A stretch of 63,952 bases of DNA, filler included, from Stramenopiles sp. TOSAG23-2 (lineage: Eukaryota): NCBI GenBank assembly GCA_900128395.1. It is 3 parts of 3 records of this genome, joined end to end, with 100 filler letters (N's around TTAATTAATTAA, not from the genome) between each part and the next. Parts side by side here need not be neighbours in the genome. Positions count along the whole stretch, not along the records: positions 43,537 to 63,952 come from LT649558.1; 2 more parts are not named here. One strand, given 5' to 3'. A program made the position numbers and the translations under genes. Positions 52,456 to 63,952 of this stretch are shown piece after piece. Numbering within the stretch: position 1 is the stretch's first letter; each line of letters begins with the position of its first letter. The notes below the pieces were generated by a model. That model saw only the letters and a list, made by a program, of their open reading frames with translations, had not been told where the DNA came from and ran no database searches.

Positions 52456-55400
52456 ATGAATTCATCAGGTGGATCAGAAAGTACAAAGGAAAATAAAAAA
52501 GATGATATATTAACAGAGGAAAATAATGATAATGATAATAATAATAACAATAATGATTCATCTACTTTATCAGAGGATAGAAATTCCCCATTATTACCTT
52601 TGCCAAATCAATCACCACCTTCAAATATAACAATGGATAATGTACCAATTGATCAAAAAATACGGATTGAAAGTTTATTAAATGAACATTTGCAATATTC
52701 TAAATCAATTGATGCAGCTATGCAATACATTAACGAAAGAAATGATGTCTTCTTTGATAAAGATAGTGACGAGGAAGAGGAAGAGAATGATAAAAAAATA
52801 TTACGTCAATCACAATTATTGTCCTCAACAATAAATGCTAACTCAACCAATAATAATATAGCTAGTAGTACCTTGCACGAAGTTGTTGATGCATCCCATA
52901 AAATTTTTGATTACGAAAGGCAACAATATATACAAGATTTAAAAAATGTAGAGCTAAAGTTAAAAGCAGCGAAGAAAATTGAAAAACGTTTAGCAAATAA
53001 ATTAATAAATAATAAAAAGAAAAACAAGGAGGATATAATGCGTTTGAAGGATCTTTTGCATGAAAGAGATATAGAATTAAAAGAATGCAAACACAAATTA
53101 ATCGAATCTGATGCAGAAAAAATAAATTTTAAAACGGAATTGACTACATTTAAAGGTTTGTGTAAAAAATATGAACAACGATTAAATTTAAAAGATAAAG
53201 AACTGGAGAAGCGTAAATCGATATATGAAAGAAAATTGAAAGAAACAAAATTAGATCATGAAGCTAGTGAACGACAATTAAGAGATGCTATTGATACATT
53301 AAATGCTCATTTAAAGGAAGTTGAAAAAACTCATATGAATGATCATCGCTTATATGAGAAACAATTAGATGAAGCACATGATCGAACAACACGTTTATTG
53401 GAACGTTGTAAAGCAAATGAAATTTCAGCAAAATCTTGTAGGGAACAAAGTGAAAAATTTGCACATGATGCACAAGTTGCAAATGAAAAATTACACGTAT
53501 CAGAAGAGGCTGTACATAGGCTGGAAAGTTCTATTCTATTATTGAAACAAAAATTTAAATCAAGTCAAAAAGAAGTTGAAAAAATACGTTATAATTTTAA
53601 TATTAAATGGGAAAAAGGACAAACTGAAATAAAAAATTTAAAAACGAAATTATTTCACAAAGAACAATTAGCAGAAGAAGCAAAAGCAGCTGCTATACAT
53701 CAATCAGAAATAAAAATGATGGAACAGACGGAAAAATTTGAAGATGAACTTGACATATTAAAAGAAACAATCACAAAGTTAAAAAATGAAAAAAATATGC
53801 TACAGTCACAATGTCAACATTTAGCAGAGAGAACGGAAAGTGTAGAATCTAGGTATCAAAAACAAATTGATGATTTGCAAACAAAATTAAGACAAAATAA
53901 TCAAAAGATAGATGTTATGAAATCGAAGCAAAAGGATGATATACTTGATTTGGAAAATAAAATTGCTTATCATCAAAATATAGATGAAGAAAAATCAAGG
54001 ACAATTAATGATTTAACAAGAGAATTAAATACGACAAAGGTAAATATGGATGATGATTCCAAGCGATATGAAAAAGAAATTTCATCGTTGGAAGAGAAAT
54101 TAGTACAATATCAAAAAAGCTTGCAACAACATCAAGGTAAAGTACAATTGCTTGAAAATAGTTTAACAGACCATAAAGAAGAGATTGAAGCACATAAAAA
54201 TGAAATTTACAGTCATAAAGAAATCATTGAAAATCATCAAAACGAACTTTTAAATCGTAAAGAAGAATTAGCAAAAAGAGATAACAAATTGACTGAATTA
54301 TCATTATCTGTACATGATCATCAAAATCAATTGAAACTAGCTCAATCAACACATGAAAGTCAATTAAGAGCAAAAGATAATTGACTGAATTATCATTATC
54401 TGTACATGATCATCAAAATCAATTGAAACTAGCTCAATCAACACATGAAAGTCAATTAAGAGCAAAAGATAATGTTGTAAATAATCTTAAACAGGAACAT
54501 GGAATGAAACGTAAAATATTAGAAAATCAATTATTAAATGAACAAAAAATGTCAAAAGCTCAAATGTTAGAATTAGAAAATAACAAAGCGTTAGAAATCA
54601 ATACATTGTATGATAAAGCTACCTTGGAGAAGAAATTAAAAGAAAGTGATACTGAAACTGCGCATAATGTGATGCATACTGAATTAAAGACAGCGTATGA
54701 GAAGATTTCAAAGTTAGAATCAAGTTTACAATTACATCAACAACATATTAAAGATCAAGAAAATACAATTTCCGAAAAACACAAGTTATTAGAAGAACAT
54801 ATGAATAAAAATAATAAAGATAATGGAATGTTAAGAAAGGAAGATCTTATTATACCAAGAGCTACGGAAGTAAAAACGAATGAAACAACAACATTAACAG
54901 TTGTCGATCGATCTATTGTAAATAAATTAGAAGCAGAGATTAATGCTTTAAATGAAGAATTAAAATTAAAAGACAAAGTAAAAGATGAATTGAATGAAAT
55001 GATTTCTGAATATAAAAAAGAAATGGAAGTTTTAAAGAATATCATTCAAGATAAAGATACTATAATAAAAAAAATGGAAAATAAACATAAAAGCACTATT
55101 TCAGAAATGGAAACAAATTATGACATGAACTTGTCGAAAACAAAAGATGAACATCAAAATACCATATCAAATTTGGAAAGAAATCATACAAATACAATGG
55201 TTGATATGAATAAGCAACATAAGAGTGCAATAATAGATATACAAAATAGCCAAAATACTACAAGAAATGGCAATAACACAAATGTATCCAGTAATAATAT
55301 CATATTAAATAATAATGATGGTGAAGAAGATATATCGTCTACAGTAGTAGCAAGTACTATATTAGTTCCTCCAACGTTGTCGTCATCCGGAACACAAAAA

Positions 55401-56405
55401 CTCCAATCTGAAAATGATACGACGCAAATAAATGATAATATGAAATATTTACAAGTTGAATTAAATAAGAAAGAACATAAACTACAACAAGCATATAAGG
55501 AGATTAAATCATTGAGAGAAGTTCAAAAGCGAGCAAATGATACAGTTGAAATGTTAAAATTACAAGTAAAAACAGCTTTGCAAAAAAAGAAAAATAATGC
55601 AAGTCAAGCGTTAAATAGTGATAGGAATGGTAACACGAACGGCTTCACGCAAAATAATATTAGTTATGATAATAATAACAATAGAAATACATTATTAGCA
55701 AGCAGTAGCTTCATGGCAGATGATCGCAATAATATGATGAGAAATTCACAATCAATTATATCATATTTAAGTAGCAGCATGGAAGCGAATTTAGATTTAC
55801 AACAAGCAAAAGTATACGATCGCAATAATATGATGAGAAATTCACAATCAATTATATCATATTTAAGTAGCAGCATGGAAGCGAATTTAGATTTACAACA
55901 AGCAAAAGTATACATACGTAAACTAGAGGATGATGTTAAAGAAATGAAAGTCCAATATCGTCATGATTTGCAACAACAAGCAAGTGAAATTAATGACTTG
56001 TTACAAATTGTTGAACAATTACAACGATCAAAGCAATCAGCATCTAGAAGTGCAGTTTCAATAAAAGCATATGCAATGTTACAAAAAAGAAATGAAGAAT
56101 TGGAAAGTCGTTTAGATCGTAAATCAGAAGAAATGTCCATTTTAAAAGTTGAATTGCAAAAAATTAAATTTGCAAAAGATGCATATGAAAAGCGTTTAAA
56201 TACAGCATTAGGGCAATTATCTGAGTTAAGTACAATGGTTGAACAATCCGCTAAGCCAACAGAAGTTTTGCATGATAATTTAAGAGAAATGGTTGATCGT
56301 ATCAGGTTATTGGAAGTGGAAAAGAAATTTATGTTGAGTAGGATGCAAGAGCAAGCATTGGTAATACATCGTTTGACTGCTGCAGAGGAAGAGGAGAAGA
56401 GTTGA
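52456..56405 (+). CDS. About 1250-aa long coiled-coil protein, split into two ORFs by a 91-bp duplication
   Basis: ORFs 52456-54384 and 54381-56405 share the exact duplicated segment LTELSLSVHDH...RAKDN. Removing one copy restores a single frame. Further duplications at 52318-52550, 55721-55912 and 56357-56560. Confidence 0.8.
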
Positions 56406-56802
56406 GTTTGTTAACACTTCGTAATTTTAATAGATTGAGAGAGTTTACACAAAATCAGATTGGTAATACATCGTTTGACTGCTGCAGAGGAAGAGGAGAA
56501 GAGTTGAGTTTGTTAACACTTCGTAATTTTAATAGATTGAGAGAGTTTACACAAAATCAGCTTTTTATAAAAACTCTTTTATAAAAAATACGAAAATATA
56601 AAAATAAAATACACGACACAACATATTTTAAAATTATTTTTTTGACCTTGTTTTTGCTAAAATCATAAATTTTAATTTAACTCTTTCGTACGTCATTAAT
56701 GCAAAGATTTTTATCTTTTCCTCCAAACATCTCTGCTAAAAGTTTTTGATATCCTAATTCACAATATACACGATTGATAATTAGATGCAGGGCTAATTAT
56801 AC

Positions 56803-57006
56803 CTAAACCAAATATTGATTACTTGGAACTTGTATTTGCATTGTTTGACCAGGTTGCATACCAGATGGTACTATGACCTGTATTGATCTTCCATCTGGAG
56901 CTTGCACTTGTAATGTTGTGCCTGCAATTGCGCCAACTGGGATACGGATATTCATCATCACTTCTTGCTGTGTTTGCGGTTGTGGCGTTACCTGTTTTAC
57001 TTGTTG
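56803..57006 (-). pseudogene. Fragment encoding a Pro/Gly beta-rich module (IPVGAIAGTTLQVQAPDGRSIQVIVPSGMQPGQT), frameshifted
   Basis: Translated by hand on the minus strand. An extra A after GQT shifts the natural continuation MQIQVP out of frame. Preceded by an acceptor-like TTTTTCCATAG. Confidence 0.5.
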
Positions 57007-57757
57007 CTATGGAAAAACACGATCTTTCTCATGTTACCTTTAATGCTGTGTCATGTATTTAAAAATGTGTTCATAATCACGATCCAAAAAAAATAGGATC
57101 GATGGAAAATAAAACGGCACAGAATGGAAAAATATTCAAATTTTCTGTAACTAGATCTTACATCTAAGCCATCGTAGAACCATTCAATGTTAATTTACAT
57201 GGGAATATCATTAAGCGTTTTCATCAATACCTCCATGAGTTTTCCATATTTAGGAGCAAAATACCTTAAAACACACAAAAGATTAGAAGATTTCTCTCTG
57301 CTTTCTTTTTGATTTTTTCTACCCGAGTTGCCCGACTAGATTTTTTCTTATTCTGCGATTTGCATTTTTGGTGTTGATGAAGTTTTTTATTTCGCTACAA
57401 ATTCCTCCTCCAATGCTATCTACCTACTATGGCCTCAATAAATTTTCAAAAATCGATAAGAATAACTGTAATTCAGTAACAGGTGCACAACACTATATAA
57501 ATCATCACAAACAACAAAACATAGAATCTATATTTTACACACTACAACAATACAACACAAACACCAAATAGTTTTATGGATAGAAAACAAAGATAGATAC
57601 AATAATACCAACAACAAAACATAGAATCTATATTTTACACACTACAACAATACAACACAAACACCAAATAGTTTTATGGATAGAAAACAAAGATAGATAC
57701 AATAATACCAACAACTATATAACAATCTTTAATAGTTCAACAAAAGAAAACACCAAC

Positions 57758-59118
57758 ATGTCTTCACCAAGAACCAGAGATCCAAGATTAGTCGCCGTTG
57801 TTAATGATAGATATGTTAGTTCACCAACTAATGCAGTTGAAAATGGTGATGAGACGAAAAATAATAATGAATATAACGTAGAAACGAAAAATAATGATTC
57901 TGCAACGTGGATGCCAACTACACGATTCAATGCAAAAAATCAACCGCCAGCATCACCAACATTGCCAGAGCCAATGGCAAGATTATCACCAACAGGAACA
58001 GGTATTTCAGTTCGTAAATTACCAGCACCATCATTCACAGCGTTAAGGAAAGCTTGTCAATTTTATGAAGTGAAATGTTCTGGTAAATACTCTGCGAAAA
58101 CAGCAGCAGCAAGATATTTATTTCAATTATCACGCGAAGTGCAAGATCAAATTGTTGCTTTGGAAAAGAGCGATGCAGCTAAAATGAGACGCATTGGATT
58201 TCTTGAAAATTTAGTCAAAGAATGGGAGGATGTTTTTGGTTCACCATCTGATGAGGAATTGAAAGCGTTTCGTAAAAATGGTGTTAATAGTTCATTAGTT
58301 TCACCACAAAATTTAGCAAATTTAATAAAAGCGCAACAACGACGTATTGATGAATTAGAAGGAATGGTAGAAAATGCAAAAATACGCCAAAAACAAGATT
58401 TAGAGAGATTTGAAATTAGTGTCAATGATCATTATACCATTTCTCGACAACAATATATGCTCGAAACTACTAGGATTAAGAAAAAATATTCTGAAGAAGC
58501 TGCTGAATTAAGAGCTATATTGAATAAAGAGATTAGTGAAGCGAAAAAAGAACGCAAAGCTATGAGGGATAATTTACAAAGTGAAAAGGAAAAACAAATT
58601 GCTGATGCAGTTGCTGATATCGATCGTCGCGTTGAAGAAGCAACTAGACGCGGTGTAGAGCAAGCAAAGGAAGACAAAGATTTAGGCCTTGAAGAAATTC
58701 ATAAAATAAGGAATGATTTACAATTGGAACGTATTCGTATGTCATCAGAAATCAAACGAAAGGAAAGATTAGTAGAAGAAGCATTACAACGTTTAACGAG
58801 ACAACATGAAGTGGAAATTTCAAGAATCAAAACGGCACATACTGCTATGTTAAATAAAGCAATTGAAAGAGGTCAAACAAAAGAAAAGTCTACAATAACA
58901 AAAGCACAAAATTTACGATTAGAAAATGATTGGTTAAGACGACGAGTTAGTGAATTACAAGAAATTGTAGAAAGTTTGAAAGAGGTCAAACAAAAGAAAA
59001 GTCTACAATAACAAAAGCACAAAATTTACGATTAGAAAATGATTGGTTAAGACGACGAGTTAGTGAATTACAAGAAATTGTAGAAAGTTTACAAATTGCT
59101 ATGATGGCTGATCAGTAA
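57758..59118 (+). CDS. Coiled-coil hypothetical protein
   Basis: 417-aa ORF whose end is diverted by a 113-bp duplication (58863-59090). The likely true C-terminus is ...ESLQIAMMADQ-stop at 59118. Confidence 0.75.
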
Positions 59119-59477
59119 AATTAATATATTTTTATATAATATTTTAAATATGATATTTTTAAATAAAGGTTATAAAATGGAGAGAGAAGAGAAAAAAGAT
59201 AGAGCATTTTTTTAAATTTATTCTACGAGTAGTAAAATCATAAATTACGATTCCAAAAGACATTTTACAAGAGGTACGTATTATTTTTTTTTAACACAAA
59301 AGTACACGCACACGATGTGTTTGGTATTATTCTACGCGTACCTGTAAACGCTCTCCCCCCCCCCCCCCATTTTACAAGAGGTACGTATTATTTTTTTTTA
59401 ACACAAAAGTACACGCACACGATGTGTTTGGTATTATTCTACGCGTACCTGTAAACGCTCTCACCCCCCCCCCTTTT

Positions 59478-62400
59478 TTACATCTTAAATGCATTCACAA
59501 TATGTGCTTCTTTCATTGAATTGACAGCACCAAATGCTCCAGCAATATCAGCACCAAGTCCACTTTGTACGTTCATATTTCTTAAATCACTCGTATTTTT
59601 TTCTTGTTTCATTTCACCCATTTCCATTTGATGTTGTTCAGCTTCAGCCATTTCCTCTGTCAAACCTTTGGATCTCTTTTTAAACGCCTCTGCACCAAGT
59701 GATTCACTCATTAATGCTAAATCATATAAACGTTCAAAATATTTTTTCAATGTCATTGTTACTGGAAGTTGTGGTAACATTTTTCTTGCTTCAATGACTA
59801 ATTGTTTTCCATCTTCGATAACTTTTTTACCCTCGCTAATTGTATCTTCCAGTAATTGAATGTCCTCTAATATTTCTCTAGATAACCTAGCACCTTGAGT
59901 GTAATATGGCCTGACTTCATGGTTTCCATCAGTACGATATTCAACAATTGATTGTAATTTTTCTTTTGCTATACGTATCATTTCTTCTCCATCTCTTTCA
60001 AGTATTTGTCCTTTTGCCAATCGTGCTTCTCCTTCCTCCACGTCGTCATAAACACCTATCAAACCGCGGGATAGTGCTTCAAAATACCATTTACCCAATG
60101 CCTCACAATTTTCTTGAAAACATGTTGGTACAAATGATTTATTTCCAGTTGCTCGTACTTTCCTCATAAATGCTTTTGCACGATCATACGATGCAAGTAA
60201 ATCACATGAGCGCATACGTAATACAGTTGCAAATTGCGATTGTTGACTCTTCAAATCCAAACCTTCCTCCGGTCTCCAACAATTTGAAAACACACATGCA
60301 TCTTTTGGATATCTAACGATAATGCCAAGATCAGTAAAATCATTGAATCTAGATCGCCCACAAAATCCAATAATTTCAGCAAAATCTATTGATCTTGTTC
60401 TATCACCTTCTACAGGTGTAATCTTCTTACTTGGTAATTTGCCATACCATGGTGATTTTCGACCAGTGCTTGTAATAAATCGTATTCTACCAACAATATT
60501 GCCAACATTCATTTCAACACGCACCAGCCTTTCCTTTTCTTCACCTTCCACGTTTAACGTAAATGTTTTTTTCGTTCCATCATCTGATCCGCGTAACGGA
60601 GTTGATATAGGTTCCCCAGCTGTTTGCTGTAAATTTATAGATAAACCTGAGACCCAATCTGTTAGATAAATATCAACAGATACAGCATAACAATTTTGAT
60701 TGACGTCATTAATATCGGTAAATTCTTTCCCAAGCGATATATCTTCTTCATCTAACAAACGATCTGGTATTTTAATCGCTTCAAGATCATATGTAGTTCT
60801 TCCACGACTTAAAAATTCCAAAAACAACATACGTTTCTCCAACTTAATTCGCTTGCGTATACTAGCTTCCCATCGCCTTTCAAACTTTTTAAAGGAATCA
60901 GCTTTTCTAGAATTCAGTTTCAATTTATACGTAATAAATCTATTTTTCTTTCTTGTCCATGTAGTCGTCAAGCGACGATATGGTGCCAACAATCTAGATT
61001 TCCAGGTCTGTAAATCTAATGTAGCCCGTATTAAATTGAACCGTTCGCTTTTCTTTCGTTTTTCAATTGTATACTTTCGTTTCAACAATAGTTCAAAACT
61101 TTTGAAGCCGAACAATAATGTCTGTAACCTACGCCTTTTCCTGCATAAACCGACAATTTCTTTATAACAAACTTCCATCTGCGTATATTCAACCCATCGA
61201 GAAAACAAAGCTCTTGGGTGTGATTGCAATAAACTGTGTGGTATGGCAAATTCTCCATCTACACAAGAACTGAAATATTGCAAAAGCTTCTTTCGCCTAG
61301 CAATTTTCAAGCCAATTCGAGGCGTTGCTAAGCGATGTCTTTGATAAACTCCATCCAACCATCGATTTAAAGTTGACCATTTTACCCGCATTGAATAATA
61401 CAATGGCATACCACGATCTAAATAACGTAATCGAGAACATATACGTAACCAATTCTTTAGACGCCTTCGTTTATACAACTTCAATGAATTTTTTTGCGTA
61501 ACAAAAATTCTCATTCTTCTTAAACACAATGTAGCCAATTCTTTCACATATTTCTGCTCTACTTCTTCCCACACTTTATATACAGCATTCACTAACATAC
61601 CACCACGTTTCTGTCTTAATGCTGTCATGTGTTTAATAACATCTGAACGATGTTGTTTAGTTATCGCTTCTTCTTCTTTTTTCACTTTTGCCTCTATTTC
61701 TCGTTTTATACCATAAGCCTCAGAATCTAATTCAGTTTTTATGGTATCTATAATTCTAACCTCATGGGCCCGTGTTTTCGCCGACTTGAACCGCTTTGAT
61801 ATTTCTTTACCATCCTCTAAAGCACGTCTACGGCGTATGATATCAGCTTCCCACTCTTCTTTTGCTTGTGCCATTCTTTCATTTCTTCGTTTTTCAGCTT
61901 GTATGAGGTTGTTGCGTCGTCTTTCTCTCTCGATCCTAACTTTTTCATCTTTTAAACGTTGTTCCTCCAATAGTTTTTGTTCCATCTCTGCTGCAATTTC
62001 AACAGCTGTTTTTGCAATTTCATCAGGTGTTTTCCCATCTTCGACTTTTCCAGCATCTCCCACATTAACTTTTGGGGAAAGTAACGGTTCAACTTCAGAC
62101 TTATTTTTATTCCATGCTTTAGGATTTTGTACGTCATCTTGTGAAAACAATGAAGGAAAATCTGCTGATCCTTTCCTTACCTTGACTATATTTTTCTTCT
62201 TCAAATGCCTATCAGCAATAATCTTTGTTATTACTCGATGGTATTTTTTGAATACCTTGCGTAGCAATCTCTTTCTATACCATGAAACAGCATAGCGATT
62301 CTTTCTTTTATCAATTAAATTCATTTTTAAACCAGATAAAAATTTTCTTCCTACTCTTGATACACATGCAAAATGTATGGCTCGCAAATACGCATCATTT

Positions 62401-63952
62401 TCAGCGTTTGCTTCAGCTAGATCGACGCAATAATCCTGTAGATGCTCTCGGACTTTTATTTGCACATCATCCCGATGTTTTAAGGAAACATCTTCGACAG
62501 ATGGCAATGCTGGTAGAACCTCTTTGTAACCAAATGAAGCAGCTTTTGGCACAGAATGCACACCGCGCGGATACGCCCACCATTTTAAAGAACGTTCATC
62601 GACTAAAATTTGTAAATATGCTTGATATCGCCAGATGGCAAACCAGACAATATTTCTATTTACATAATTACCTTTCGCAAAGGCACGTCCTTTTTCTCGC
62701 CAATTTTTCAACACAATAGCTTGATGGGCAGCCCATTCATGCCAAAGTTTGACGGCTTTTCTGCTTCTGATATCATCCATTTCTTTACATTTTTGTGCTA
62801 TAAATTTTCGACGAGCACGGTTTTTTAGATAATACATTTTGAAGTGTTTAAAGTGCTTCAAAAGCCAATAGGTATTGAATATATGGGCAACATTTTGCGC
62901 TTTTGCTTTCGAATATAATTCGTCTGCAACGTATTTCCTCCATACATGAAATGTCCAATAACATCCTTTGAACGTTTTTCTATGCTGTTTCAAGCGTCTC
63001 GTATAGCGTCTCCATTTATATAATTGCCGTTTACAGTGGTAACGTACACCACACATTCGTTTTGTATACAAATGCCACTCTCTTAAACAACGCCGCAACC
63101 ACCCTTCTTCCCTGCTTAAACAATGCCCCAACGCCTTTCTTAATTTATCACGCCTTCTAACAATAAAACCCCGAGCAGATGATTGGATTAATACTGCAGA
63201 AAAAGTTCTAGTTGCTTCTATTGCGTTATCCATCAATTCCGCTCGTTTTTCATATTTGGCATCTTCATCTATATTCTCAGCGTTTTGATCTAATTCATGT
63301 ACGTTTTCATATTTCATATAATCATTTGCTATTTTAGCACCATGACGTCCAATCTGAACAGTACTTTCATCATCAACTTTATCATCTTCTATCTTCTTTT
63401 CTTCTTCGTCTTCTTCTACTGCTTTTGATTTAGAATTTTCTTCCACAACGTTTTCCGCATTATCGCTCTCAACAACTACCTTCTTTTCAACGACTGTTTC
63501 TTCGTTTTGGGGAATAACTTTCAATTTATTACTCTCGTCCTCATTGTTATTACTACGATCTTTGTTGTTATTATTATTGTCATCATTACTAATACTACTT
63601 TTATCCACAATTTTAGTAGAATCATTCTTTTTTTCATTTTCTTCTCTTTGTTTTACATTACTTTTATCATTATCTTTTACATGATTTTCCATGTTTAATG
63701 GAATTTCTTCTATTTGTTTTACACTTGTATCATCATCGATTTTAATTGGAATTTCATCTTGTTGTATATTATCATTACTTGTATCAGCTTTTGTAGAGAC
63801 ATCATGTTCAACAACAACACTTTCTTCATCACTTGCTTCCTCTTTATTACTTGTTTTTACTTCCTTTTCCTCCTCTTCGTCTTCAACTATGACAATAGGT
63901 TCAGGTTCACTAACCATGCCATTTTCATGTAATACACCAAAATATTCAACAA
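59478..63952 (-). CDS. Large protein (>1479 aa, 5'-incomplete) with IQ motif, Sfi1-like Trp repeats and jacalin-like domain
   Basis: The frame stays open to the window edge. IQ motif AVLIQSSARGFIVRR. Repeats such as LRRCLREWHLY, KRQLYKWRRY, TFHVWRKY and AVKLWHEW. Jacalin-like VGRIRFITSTGRKSPWYG...IIGFCGRS. Confidence 0.85.
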   Translation of the reverse strand, partial: VEYFGVLHENGMVSEPEPIVIVEDEEEEKEVKTSNKEEASDEESVVVEHDVSTKADTSNDNIQQDEIPIKIDDDTSVKQIEEIPLNMENHVKDNDKSNVKQREENEKKNDSTKIVDKSSISNDDNNNNNKDRSNNNEDESNKLKVIPQNEETVVEKKVVVESDNAENVVEENSKSKAVEEDEEEKKIEDDKVDDESTVQIGRHGAKIANDYMKYENVHELDQNAENIDEDAKYEKRAELMDNAIEATRTFSAVLIQSSARGFIVRRRDKLRKALGHCLSREEGWLRRCLREWHLYTKRMCGVRYHCKRQLYKWRRYTRRLKQHRKTFKGCYWTFHVWRKYVADELYSKAKAQNVAHIFNTYWLLKHFKHFKMYYLKNRARRKFIAQKCKEMDDIRSRKAVKLWHEWAAHQAIVLKNWREKGRAFAKGNYVNRNIVWFAIWRYQAYLQILVDERSLKWWAYPRGVHSVPKAASFGYKEVLPALPSVEDVSLKHRDDVQIKVREHLQDYCVDLAEANAENDAYLRAIHFACVSRVGRKFLSGLKMNLIDKRKNRYAVSWYRKRLLRKVFKKYHRVITKIIADRHLKKKNIVKVRKGSADFPSLFSQDDVQNPKAWNKNKSEVEPLLSPKVNVGDAGKVEDGKTPDEIAKTAVEIAAEMEQKLLEEQRLKDEKVRIERERRRNNLIQAEKRRNERMAQAKEEWEADIIRRRRALEDGKEISKRFKSAKTRAHEVRIIDTIKTELDSEAYGIKREIEAKVKKEEEAITKQHRSDVIKHMTALRQKRGGMLVNAVYKVWEEVEQKYVKELATLCLRRMRIFVTQKNSLKLYKRRRLKNWLRICSRLRYLDRGMPLYYSMRVKWSTLNRWLDGVYQRHRLATPRIGLKIARRKKLLQYFSSCVDGEFAIPHSLLQSHPRALFSRWVEYTQMEVCYKEIVGLCRKRRRLQTLLFGFKSFELLLKRKYTIEKRKKSERFNLIRATLDLQTWKSRLLAPYRRLTTTWTRKKNRFITYKLKLNSRKADSFKKFERRWEASIRKRIKLEKRMLFLEFLSRGRTTYDLEAIKIPDRLLDEEDISLGKEFTDINDVNQNCYAVSVDIYLTDWVSGLSINLQQTAGEPISTPLRGSDDGTKKTFTLNVEGEEKERLVRVEMNVGNIVGRIRFITSTGRKSPWYGKLPSKKITPVEGDRTRSIDFAEIIGFCGRSRFNDFTDLGIIVRYPKDACVFSNCWRPEEGLDLKSQQSQFATVLRMRSCDLLASYDRAKAFMRKVRATGNKSFVPTCFQENCEALGKWYFEALSRGLIGVYDDVEEGEARLAKGQILERDGEEMIRIAKEKLQSIVEYRTDGNHEVRPYYTQGARLSREILEDIQLLEDTISEGKKVIEDGKQLVIEARKMLPQLPVTMTLKKYFERLYDLALMSESLGAEAFKKRSKGLTEEMAEAEQHQMEMGEMKQEKNTSDLRNMNVQSGLGADIAGAFGAVNSMKEAHIVNAFKM

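Noticed and set aside
54289..54472. Apparent overlapping gene pair or programmed frameshift at 54381-54384
   Set aside because: Fully explained by an exact 91-bp duplication.
1..63952. Giant-virus or prokaryotic origin, suggested by AT richness, few introns and ankyrin genes
   Set aside because: A spliceosomal intron, IMP3, RPP30, PIBF1, CCAR1 and a PTS1 enzyme indicate a eukaryotic nuclear genome. No viral core genes were seen.
1..63952. Non-standard genetic code as the cause of split genes
   Set aside because: TAA, TAG and TGA all terminate recognisable genes, and the breaks are frameshifts rather than in-frame stops.

Overview
AT-rich (about 30% GC by eye), gene-dense, intron-poor nuclear DNA from a microbial eukaryote using the standard genetic code. 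PIBF1/CEP90 and an Sfi1-like protein point to a flagellate. A stramenopile-like protist single-cell or metagenome assembly is my inference, not something the sequence proves. The window is not one locus: three contigs (1-21674, 21775-43436, 43537-63952) are joined by artificial N44-TTAATTAATTAA-N44 linkers. About 28 protein genes are present. Recognisable ones are a peroxisomal hydroxyacyl-CoA dehydrogenase-type SDR, PIBF1/CEP90, RPP30, IMP3, a spliced ARF-like GTPase, TRM61, a ZNF474-like zinc finger/WW protein, a split CCAR1/DBC1 homolog, a GST, two ankyrin proteins and a PI3K fragment. There are also several large orphan coiled-coil proteins. Most interesting: (1) a secreted protein with the layout of alveolate trichocyst/mucocyst matrix proteins; (2) an Sfi1-like/IQ/jacalin fusion; (3) an ARL with Lys at the catalytic Gln; (4) an RRM-bearing CCAR1; (5) a patterned intergenic landscape, with TIR elements and an ATATGAGTAAGAGAACATTTT motif at gene 3' ends and AGCT/CTAG/GTAC-rich tracts at 5' ends. 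About 19 local 91-122 bp direct duplications are probably assembly artefacts and distort several ORFs. No rRNA, tRNA or CRISPR array was recognised. All family assignments come from recalled motifs, not database searches.
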